From NCBI RefSeq assembly GCF_009914755.1, contig NC_060942.1: DNA of 64,000 nt; one strand, given 5' to 3'. Under the pieces are notes generated by a model. It searched no databases and was not told where the DNA came from. It was given only the letters and a program-made list of their open reading frames with translations. The DNA is from the human T2T-CHM13v2.0 reference genome, Homo sapiens. Made by a program: the position numbers and the translations under genes. Positions 43,101-55,100 of this stretch are shown here, piece after piece; the stretch's first letter is position 1; each line of letters starts with the position of its first letter.

Positions 43101-46100
43101 ACTCTTTTTGTAGTGTGTGTAAGTGGACATTTGGAGCGCTTTCCGGCCTAAGGTGAAAAAGGAAATATCTTCCCATAAAAACTAGACAGAAGCATTCTCA
43201 GAAACTTACTCGTGAAGTGTTTCCTCAACTAAAGGAGTAGAACCTTTCTATTCATAGAGAAGTTTTGAAACGCTCTTTTTGTGGAATCTCCAAGTGGATA
43301 TTTGGCTAGTTTTGAGGATTTCGTTGGAAGCGGGAATTCATCCAAATTGCACACTGCAGCGTTCTGAGGAACATCTTTGTGATGTTTGTATTCAGGACAC
43401 AGAGATGAACATTCCCTATCATAGAGCAGGTTGGAATCACTCCTTTTGTAGTATCTGGAAGTGGACATTTGGAGCGCTTTCAGGCCTATGTTGAAAAAGG
43501 AAATATCTTCCCATAACAACTAGACACAAGCATTCTCAGAAACTTGTTTGTGATGTGTGCCCTCTACTGACAGAGTTGAACCTTTCTTTTCATAGAGCAG
43601 TTTTGTAACACTCTTTTTGTAGAATCCGCAAGAGGATATTTGCATAGCTTTGAGGATTTCGTGGGAAACGGGATTGTCTTCAGGTAAAATCTAGACAGAA
43701 GCATTCTCAGAAACTTCTTTGGGATGTTTGCATTCAAGTCACAGAGTAGAACATTCCCTTTGGTAGAGCAGGTTTGAAACACTCTTTTTGTAGTATCTGG
43801 AAGTGGACATTTGGAGCGCTTTCAGGCCCATGTTGGAAAGGGAAATATCTTCCCGTAACAACTAGGCAGAAGCATTCTCAGAAACTTATTTGAGATGTGT
43901 GTACTCAACTAAGAGAATTGAACCACCGTTTTGAAGGAGCAGTTTTGAAACACTCTTTTTCTGGAATCTGCAAGAGTATATTTGCCTAGCCTTGAGGATT
44001 TCGTTGGAAACGGGATTGTCTTCAGATAAAATCTAGACAGAAGCATTCTCAGAAACTTCTTTGGGATGTTTGCATTCAAGTCACAGAGTAGAACATTCCC
44101 TTTGGTAGAGCAGGTTTGAAACACTCTTTTTTTAGTATATGGAAGTGGACATTTGGAGCGCTTTCAGGCCTACGTTGGAAAAGGAAATATCTTCCCATAA
44201 CAACTAGACAGAAGCATTCTCAGAAACTAGTTTCTGATGTGTGTCCTCAACTAACACAGTTGTACATTTCTTTAGACAGAACAGTTTTGAAACACTCTTT
44301 TTGTGGAATTTGCAAGTGGATATTGGGGTAGATTTGAGGATTTCGTTGGAAACGGGATTACATATAAAAAGCAGTCAGCAGCATTCTCAGAAAATTCTTT
44401 GTGATGATTGCATTCAAGTCACAGAATTGAACATTCCCTTTCACAGAGCAGGTTTGAAACACTCTTTTTGTAGTGTGTGTAAGTGGACATTTGGAGCGCT
44501 TTCCGGCCTAAGGTGAAAAGGACATATCTTCCAATAAAAACTAGACAGAAGCATTCTCAGAAACTTACTCGTGATGTGTGTCCTCAACTAAAGGAGTAGA
44601 ACCTTTCTATTCATAGAGAAGTTTTGAAACGCTCTTTTTGTGGAATCTCCAAGTGGATATTTGGCTAGTTTTGAGGATTTCGTTGGAAGCGGGAATTCAT
44701 ACAAATTGCAGACTGCAGCGTTCTGAGAAACATCTTTGAAATCTTTGTATTCAAGACACAGAGATGAACATTCCCTATCATAGAGCATGTTGGAATCACT
44801 CCTTTTGTAGTATCTGGAAGTGGACATTTGGAGCGCTTTCAGGCCTATGTTGAAAAAGGAAATATCTTCCCATAACAAGTAGACACAAGCATTCTCAGAA
44901 ACTTGTTTGTGATGTGTGCCCTCTACTGACAGAGTTGAACCTTTCTTTTCATAGAGCAGTTTTGAAACACTCTTTTTGTAGAATCCGCAAGAGGATATTT
45001 GCATAGATTTGAGGATTTCGTGGGAAACGGGATTGTCTTCAGGTAAAATCTAGACAGAAGCATTCTCAGAAACTTCTTTGGGATGTTTGCATTCAAGTCA
45101 CAGAGTAGAACATTCCCTTTGGTAGAGCAGGTTTGAAACACTCTTTTTGTAGTATCTGGAAGTGGACATTTGGAGCGCTTTCAGGCCCATGTTGGAAAGG
45201 GAAATATCTTCCCGTAACAACTAGGCAGAAGCATTCTCAGAAACTTATTTGAGATGTGTGTACTCAACGAAGAGAATTGAACCACCGTTTTGAAGGAGCA
45301 GTTTTGAAACCCTCTTTTTCTGGAATCTGAAAGAGTATATTTGCCTAGCCTTGAGGATTTCGTTGGAAACGGGATTGTCTTCAGATAAAATCTAGACAGA
45401 AGCATTCTCAGAAACTTCTTTGGGATGTTTGCATTCAAGTCACAGAGTAGATCATTCCCTTTGGTAGAGCAGGTTTGAAACACTCTTTTTTTAGTATATG
45501 GAAGTGGACATTTGGAGCGCTTTCAGGCCTACGTTGGAAAAGGAAATATCTTCCCACAACAACTAGACAGAAGCATTCTCAGAAACTAGTTTCTGATGTG
45601 TGTCCTCAACTAACACACTTGTATATTTCTTTAGACAGAACAGTTTTGAAACACTCTTTTTGTGGAATCTGCAAGTGGATATTGGGCTAGATTTGAGGAT
45701 TTCTTTGGAAACGGGATTACATATAAAAAGCAGTCAGCAGCATTCTCAGAAAGTTCTTTGTGATGATGGCATTCAAGTCACAGAATTGAACATTCCCTTT
45801 CACAGAGCAGGTTTGAAACACTCTTTTTGTAGTGTGTGTAAGTGGACATTTGGAGCGCTTTCCGGCCTAAGGTGAAAAAGGATATATCTTCCCATAAAAA
45901 CTAGACAGAAGCATTCTCAGAAACTTACTCGTGATGTGTGTCCTCAACTAAAGGAGTAGAACCTTTCTATTCATAGAGAAGTTTTGAAACGCTCTTTTTG
46001 TGGAATCTCCAAGTGGATATTTGGCTAGTTTTGAGGATTTCGTTGGAAGCGGGAATTCATACAAATTGCAGACTGCAGCGTTCTGAGAAACATCTTTGTG

Positions 46101-49100
46101 ATGTTTGTATTCAAGACACAGAGATGAACATTCCCTATCATAGAGCATGTTGTAATCAGTCCTTTTGTAGTATCTGGAAGTGGACATTTGGAGCGCTTTC
46201 AGGCCTATGTTGAAAAAGGAAATATCTTCCCATAACAACTAGACACAAGCATTCTCAGAAACTTGTTTGTGATGTGTGCCCTCTACTGACAGAGTTGAAC
46301 CTTTCTTTTCATAGAGCAGTTTTGAAACACTCTTTTTGTAGAATCTGCAAGAGGATATTTGCATAGCTTTGAGGATTTCGTGGGAAACGGGATTGTCTTC
46401 AGGTAAAATCTAGACAGAAGCATTCTCAGAAACTTCTTTGGGATGTTTGCATTCAAATCACAGAGTAGAACATTCCCTTTGGTAGAGCAGGTTTGAAACA
46501 CTCTTTTTGTAGTATCTGGAAGTGGACATTTGGAGCGCTTTCAGGCCCATGTTGGAAAGGGAAATATCTTCCCGTAACAACTAGGCAGAAGCATTCTCAG
46601 AAACTTATTTGAGATGTGTGGACTCAACTAAGAGAATTGAACCACCGTTTTGAAGGAGCAGTTTTGAAACACTCTTTTTCTGGAATCTGCAAGAGTATAT
46701 TTGCCTAGCCTTGAGGATTTCGTTGGAAACGGGATTGTCTTCAGATAAAATCTAGACAGAAGCATTCTCAGAAACTTCTTTGGGATGTTTGCATTCAAGT
46801 CACAGAGTAGAACATTCCCTTTGGTAGAGCAGGTTTGAAACACTCTTTTTTTAGTATATGGAAGTGGACATTTGGAGCGCTTTCAGGCCTACGTTGGAAA
46901 AGGAAATATCTTCCCATAACAACTAGACAGAAGCATTCTCAGAAACTAGTTTCTGATGTGTGTCCTCAACTAACACAGTTGTACATTTCTTTAGACAGAA
47001 CAGTTTTGAAACACTCTTTTTGTGGAATCTGCAAGTGGATATTGGGCTAGATTTGAGGATTTCGTTGGAAACGGGATTACATATAAAAAGCAGTCAGCAG
47101 CATTCTCAGAAAATTCTTTGTGATGATTGCATTCAAGTCACAGAATTGAACATTCCCTTTCATAGAGCAGGTTTGAAACACTCTTTTTGTAGTGTGTGTA
47201 AGTGGACATTTGGAGCGCTTTCCGCCCTAAGGTGAAAAAGGACATATCTTCCCATAAAAATTAGACAGAAGCATTCTCAGAAACTTACTCGTGATGTGTG
47301 TCCTCAACTAAAGGAGTAGAACCTTTCTATTCATAGAGAAGATTTGAAACGCTCTTTTTGTGGAATCTCCAAGTGGATATTTGGCTAGTTTTGAGGATTT
47401 CGTTGGAAGCGGGAATTCATACAAATTGCAGACTGCAGCGTTCTGAGAAACATCTTTGTGATGTTTGTATTCAGGACACAGAGTTGAACATTCCCTATCA
47501 TAGAGCAGGTTGGAATCACTCCTTTTGTAGTATCTGGAAGTGGACATTTGGAGCGCTTTCAGGCCTATTTTGGAAAGGGAAATATCTTCCCGTAACAACT
47601 ATGCAGAAGCATTCTCAGAAACTTGTTTGTGATGTGTGCCCTCTACTGACAGAGTTGAACCTTTCTTTTCATAGAGCAGTTTTGAAACTCTCTTTTTGTA
47701 GAATCCGCAAGAGGATATTTGCATAGCTTTGAGGATTTCGTGGGAAACGGGATTGTCTTCAGGTAAAATCTAGACAGAAGCATTCTCAGAAACTTCTTTG
47801 GGATGTTTGCATTCAAATCACAGAGTAGAACATTCCCTTTGGTAGAGCAGGTTTGAAACACTCTTTTTGTAGTATCTGGAAGTGGACATTTGGAGCGCTT
47901 TCAGGCCCATGTTGGAAAGGGAAATACCTTCCCGTAACAACTAGGCAGAAGCATTCTCAGAAACTTATTTGAGATGTGTGGACTCAACTAAGAGAATTGA
48001 ACCACCGTTTTGAAGGAGCAGTTTTGAAACACTCTTTTTCTGGAATCTGCAAGAGTATATTTGCCTAGCCTTGAGGATTTCGTTGGAAACGGGATTGTCT
48101 TCAGATAAAATCTAGACAGAAGCATTCTCAGAAACTTCTTTGGGATGTTTGCATTCAAGTCACAGAGTAGAACATTCCCTTTGGTAGAGCAGGTTTGAAA
48201 CACTCTTTTTTTAGTATATGGAAGTGGACATTTGGAGCGCTTTCAGGCCTACGTTGGAAAAGGAAATATCTTCCCATAACAACTAGACAGAAGCATTCTC
48301 AGAAACTAGTTTCTGATGTGTGTCCTCAACTAACACAGTTGTACATTTCTTTAGACAGAACAGTTTTGAAACACTCTTTTTGTGGAATCTGCAAGTGGAT
48401 ATTGGGGTAGATTTGAGGATTTCGTTGGAAACGGGATTACATATAAAAAGCAGTCAGCAGCATTCTCAGAAAATTCTTTGTGATGATTGCATTCAAGTCA
48501 CAGAATTGAACATTCCCTTTCATAGAGCAGGTTTGAAACACTCTTTTTGTAGTGTGTGTAAGTGGACATTTGGAGCGCTTTCCGGCCTAAGGTGAAAAAG
48601 GACATATCTTCCCATAAAAATTAGACAGAAGCATTCTCAGAAACTTACTCGTGATGTGTGTCCTCAACTAAAGGAGTAGAACCTTTCTATTCATAGAGAA
48701 GATTTGAAACGCTCTTTTTGTGGAATCTCCAAGTGGATATTTGGCTAGTTTTGAGGATTTCGTTGGAAGCGGGAATTCATACAAATTGCAGACTGCAGCG
48801 TTCTGAGAAACATCTTTGTGATGTTTGTATTCAAGACACAGAGATGAACATTCCCTATCATAGAGCATGTTGGAATCACTCCTTTTGTAGTATCTGGAAG
48901 TGGACATTTGGAGCGCTTTCAGGCCTATGTTGAAAAAGGAAATATCTTCCCATAACAACTAGACACAAGCATTCTCAGAAACTTGTTTGTGATGTGTGCC
49001 CTCTACTGACAGAGTTGAACCTTTCTTTTCATAGAGCAGTTTTGAAACACTCTTTTTGTAGAATCCGCAAGAGGATATTTGCATAGCTTTGAGGATTTCG

Positions 49101-52100
49101 TGGGAAACGGGATTGTCTTCAGGTAAAATCTAGACAGAAGCATTCTCAGAAACTTCTTTGGGATGTTTGCATTCAAGTCACAGAGTAGAACATTCCCTTT
49201 GGTAGAGCAGGTTTGAAACACTCTTTTTGTAGTATCTGGAAGTGGACATTTGGAGCGCTTTCAGGCCCATGTTGGAAAGGGAAATATCTTCCCGTAACAA
49301 CTAGGCAGAAGCATTCTCAGAAACTTATTTGAGATGTGTGGACTCAACTAAGAGAATTGAACCACCGTTTTGAAGGAGCAGTTTTGAAACACTCTTTTTC
49401 TGGAATCTGCAAGAGTATATTTGCCTAGCCTTGAGGATTTCGTTGGAAACGGGATTGTCTTCAGATAAAATCTAGACAGAAGCATTCTCAGAAACTTCTT
49501 TGGGATGTTTGCATTCAAGTCACAGAGTAGAACATTCCCTTTGGTAGAGCAGGTTTGAAACACTCTTTTTTTAGTATATGGAAGGACATTTGGAGCGCTT
49601 TCAGGCCTACGTTGGAAAAGGAAATATCTTCCCATAACAACTAGACAGAAGCATTCTCAGAAACTAGTTTCTGATGTGTGTCCTCAACTAACACAGTTGA
49701 ACTTTTCTTTAGACAGAACAGTTTTGAAACACTCTTTTTGTGGAATCTGCAAGTGGATATTGGGCTAGATTTGAGGATTTCGTTGGAAACGGGATTACAT
49801 ATAAAAAGCAGACAGCAGCATTCTCAGAAAGTTCTTTGTGATGATTGCATTCAAGTCACAGAATTGAACATTCCCTTTCACAGAGCAGGTTTGAAACACT
49901 CTTTTTGTAGTGTGTGTAAGTGGACATTTGGAGCGCTTTCCGGCCTAAGGTGAAAAGGACATATCTTCCCATAAAAACTAGACAGAAGCATTCTCAGAAA
50001 CTTACTCGTGATGTGTGTCCTCAACTAAAGGAGTAGAACCTTTCTATTCATAGAGAAGTTTTGAAACGCTCTTTTTGTGGAATCTCCAAGTGGATATTTG
50101 GCTAGTTTTGAGGATTTCGTTGGAAGCGGGAATTCATACGAATTGCAGACTGCAGCGTTCTGAGAAACATCTTTGAAATGTTTGTATTCAAGACACAGAG
50201 ATGAACATTCCCTATCATAGAGCATGTTGGAATCACTCCTTTTGTAGTATCTGGAAGTGGACATTTGGAGCGCTTTCAGGCCTATGTTGAAAAAGGAAAT
50301 ATCTTCCCATAACAAGTAGACACAAGCATTCTCAGAAACTTGTTTGTGATGTGTGCCCTCTACTGACAGAGTTGAACCTTTCTTTTCATAGAGCAGTTTT
50401 GAAACACTCTTTTTGTAGAATCCGCAAGAGGATATTTGCATAGCTTTGAGGATTTCGTGGGAAACGGGATTGTCTTCAGGTAAAATCTAGACAGAAGCAT
50501 TCTCAGAAACTTCTTTGGGATGTTTGCATTCAAGTCACAGAGTAGAACATTCCCTTTGGTAGAGCAGGTTTGAAACACTCTTTTTGTAGTATCTGGAAGT
50601 GGACATTTGGAGCGCTTTCAGGCCCATGTTGGAAAGGGAAATATCTTCCCGTAACAACTAGGCAGAAGCATTCTCAGAAACTTATTTGAGATGTGTGTAC
50701 TCAACGAAGAGAATTGAACCACCGTTTTGAAGGAGCAGTTTTGAAACCCTCTTTTTCTGGAATCTGCAAGAGTATATTTGCCTAGCCTTGAGGATTTCGT
50801 TGGAAACGGGATTGTCTTCAGATAAAATCTAGACAGAAGCATTCTCAGAAACTTCTTTGGGATGTTTGCATTCAAGTCACAGAGTAGAACATTCCCTTTG
50901 GTAGAGCAGGTTTGAAACACTCTTTTTTTAGTATATGGAAGTGGACATTTGGAGCGCTTTCAGGCCTACGTTGGAAAAGGAAATATCTTCCCATAACAAC
51001 TAGACAGAAGCATTCTCAGAAACTAGTTTCTGATGTGTGTCCTCAACTAACACAGTTGAACTTTTCTTTAGACAGAACAGTTTTGAAACACTCTTTTTGT
51101 GGAATCTGCAAGTGGATATTGGGCTAGATTTGAGGATTTCGTTGGAAACGGGATTACATATAAAAAGCAGTCAGCAGCATTCTCAGAAAGTTCTTTGTGA
51201 TGATGGCATTCAAGTCACAGAATTGAACATTCCCTTTCACAGAGCAGGTTTGAAACACTCTTTTTGTAGTGTGTGTAAGTGGACATTTGGAGCGCTTTCC
51301 GGCCTAAGGTGAAAAAGGACATATCTTCCCATAAAAACTAGACAGAAGCATTCTCAGAAACTTACTCGTGATGTGTGTCCTCAACTAAAGGAGTAGAACC
51401 TTTCTATTCATAGAGAAGATTTCAAACGCTCTTTTTGTGGAATCTCCAAGTGGATATTTGGCTAGTTTTGAGGATTTCGTTGGAAGCGGGAATTCATACA
51501 AATTGCAGACTGCAGCGTTCTGAGAAACATCTTTGTGATGTTTGTATTCAAGACACAGAGATGAACATTCCCTATCATAGAGCATGTTGGAATCACTCCT
51601 TTTGTAGTATCTGGAAGTGGACATTTGGAGCGCTTTCAGGCCTATGTTGAAAAAGGAAATATCTTCCCATAACAACTAGACACAAGCATTCTCAGAAACT
51701 TGTTTGTGATGTGTGCCCTCTACTGACAGAGTTGAACCTTTCTTTTCATAGAGCAGTTTTGAAACACTCTTTTTGTAGAATCCGCAAGAGGATATTTGCA
51801 TAGCTTTGAGGATTTCGTGGGAAACGGGATTGTCTTCAGGTAAAATCTAGACAGAAGCATTCTCAGAAACTTCTTTGGGATGTTTGCATTCAAGTCACAG
51901 AGTAGAACATTCCCTTTGGTAGAGCAGGTTTGAAACACTCTTTTTGTAGTATCTGGAAGTGGACATTTGGAGCGCTTTCAGGCCCATGTTGGAAAGGGAA
52001 ATATCTTCCCGTAACAACTAGGCAGAAGCATTCTCAGAAACTTATTTGAGATGTGTGGACTCAACTAAGAGAATTGAACCACCGTTTTGAAGGAGCAGTT

Positions 52101-55100
52101 TTGAAACACTCTTTTTCTGGAATCTGCAAGAGTATATTTGCCTAGCCTTGAGGATTTCGTTGGAAACGGGATTGTCTTCAGATAAAATCTAGACAGAAGC
52201 ATTCTCAGAAACTTCTTTGGGATGTTTGCATTCAAGTCACAGAGTAGAACATTCCCTTTGGTAGAGCAGGTTTGAAACACTCTTTTTTTAGTATATGGAA
52301 GGACATTTGGAGCGCTTTCAGGCCTACGTTGGAAAAGGAAATATCTTCCCATAACAACTAGACAGAAGCATTCTCAGAAACTAGTTTCTGATGTGTGTCC
52401 TCAACTAACACAGTTGAACTTTTCTTTAGACAGAACAGTTTTGAAACACTCTTTTTGTGGAATCTGCAAGTGGATATTGGGCTAGATTTGAGGATTTCGT
52501 TGGAAACGGGATTACATATAAAAAGCAGACAGCAGCATTCTCAGAAAGTTCTTTGTGATGATTGCATTCAAGTCACAGAATTGAACATTCCCTTTCACAG
52601 AGCAGGTTTGAAACACTCTTTTTGTAGTGTGTGTAAGTGGACATTTGGAGCGCTTTCCGGCCTAAGGTGAAAAAGGACATATCTTCCCATAAAAACTAGA
52701 CGGAAGCATCCTCAGAAACTTACTCGTGATGTGTGTCCTCAACTAAAGGAGTAGAACCTTTCTATTCATAGAGAAGTTTTGAAACGCTCTTTTTGTGGAA
52801 TCTCCAAGTGGATATTTGGCTAGTTTTGAGGATTTCGTTGGAAGCGGGAATTCATACAAATTGCAGACTGCAGCGTTCTGAGAAACATCTTTGTGATGTT
52901 TGTATTCAGGACACAGAGATGAACATTCCCTATCATAGAGCAGGTTGGAATCACTCCTTTTGTAGTATCTGGAAGTGGACATTTGGAGCGCTTTCAGGCC
53001 TATGTTGATAAAGGAAATATCTTCCCATAACAACTAGACACAAGCATTCTCAGAAACTTGTTTGTGATGTGTGCCCTCTACTGACAGAGTTGAACCTTTC
53101 TTTTCATAGAGCAGTTTTGAAACACTCTTTTTGTAGAATCTGCAAGAGGATATTTGCATAGCTTTGAGGATTTCGTGGGAAACGGGATTGTCTTCAGGTA
53201 AAATCTAGACAGAAGCATTCTCAGAAACTTCTTTGGGATGTTTGCATTCAAGTCACAGAGGAGAACATTCCCTTTGGTAGAGTAGGTTTGAAACACTCTT
53301 TTTGTAGTATCTGGAAGTGGACATTTGGAGCGCTTTCAGGCCCATGTTGGAAAGGGAAATATCTTCCCGTAACAACTAGGCAGAAGCATTCTCAGAAACT
53401 TATTTGAGATGTGTGTACTCAACTAAGAGAATTGAACCACCGTTTTGAAGGAGCAGTTTTGAAACACTCTTTTTCTGGAATCTGCAAGAGTATATTTGCC
53501 TAGCCTTGAGGATTTCGTTGGAAACGGGATTGTCTTCAGATAAAATCTAGACAGAAGCATTCTCAGAAACTTCTTTGGGATGTTTGCATTCAAGTCACAG
53601 AGTAGAACATTCCCTTTGGTAGAGCAGGTTTGAAACACTCTTTTTTTAGTATATGGAAGTGGACATTTGGAGCGCTTTCAGGCCTACGTTGGAAAAGGAA
53701 ATATCTTCCCATAACAACTAGACAGAAGCATTCTCAGAAACTAGTTTCTGATGTGTGTCCTCAACTAACACAGTTGAACTTTTCTTTAGACAGAACAGTT
53801 TTGAAACACTCTTTTTGTGGAATCTGCAAGTGGATATTGGGCTAGATTTGAGGATTTCTTTGGAAACGGGATTACATATAAAAAGCAGACAGCAGCATTC
53901 TCAGAAAGTTCTTTGTGATGATTGCATTCAAGTCACAGAATTGAACATTCCCTTTCACAGAGCAGGTTTGAAACACTCTTTTTGTAGTGTGTGTAAGTGG
54001 ACATTTGGAGCGCTTTCCGGCCTAAGGTGAAAAAGGACATATCTTCCCATAAAAACTAGACGGAAGCATCCTCAGAAACTTACTCGTGATGTGTGTCCTC
54101 AACTAAAGGAGTAGAACCTTTCTATTCATAGAGAAGTTTTGAAACGCTCTTTTTGTGGAATCTCCAAGTGGATATTTGGCTAGTTTTGAGGATTTCGTTG
54201 GAAGCGGGAATTCATACAAATTGCAGACTGCAGCGTTCTGAGAAACATCTTTGTGATGTTTGTATTCAGGACACAGAGATGAACATTCCCTATCATAGAG
54301 CAGGTTGGAATCACTCCTTTTGTAGTATCTGGAAGTGGACATTTGGAGCGCTTTCAGGCCTATGTTGATAAAGGAAATATCTTCCCATAACAACTAGACA
54401 CAAGCATTCTCAGAAACTTGTTTGTGATGTGTGCCCTCTACTGACAGAGTTGAACCTTTCTTTTCATAGAGCAGTTTTGAAACACTCTTTTTGTAGAATC
54501 TGCAAGAGGATATTTGCATAGCTTTGAGGATTTCGTGGGAAACGGGATTGTCTTCAGGTAAAATCTAGACAGAAGCATTCTCAGAAACTTCTTTGGGATG
54601 TTTGCATTCAAGTCACAGAGGAGAACATTCCCTTTGGTAGAGTAGGTTTGAAACACTCTTTTTGTAGTATCTGGAAGTGGACATTTGGAGCGCTTTCAGG
54701 CCCATGTTGGAAAGGGAAATATCTTCCCGTAACAACTAGGCAGAAGCATTCTCAGAAACTTATTTGAGATGTGTGGACTCAACTAAGAGAATTGAACCAC
54801 CGTTTTGAAGGAGCAGTTTTGAAACACTCTTTTTCTGGAATCTGCAAGAGTATATTTGCCTAGCCTTGAGGATTTCGTTGGAAACGGGATTGTCTTCAGA
54901 TAAAATCTAGACAGAAGCATTCTCAGAAACTTCTTTGGGATGTTTGCATTCAAGTCACAGAGTAGAACATTCCCTTTGGTAGAGCAGGTTTGAAACACTC
55001 TTTTTTTAGTATATGGAAGTGGACATTTGGAGCGCTTTCAGGCCTACGTTGGAAAAGGAAATATCTTCCCATAACAACTAGACAGAAGCATTCTCAGAAA

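Noticed and set aside
29555-50441. Longer ORFs (122-138 aa) at 29555, 32355, 44588, 47358 and 50025
   Set aside because: Each comes from a chance loss of one stop codon by a local variant, so they are useful only as variant markers.
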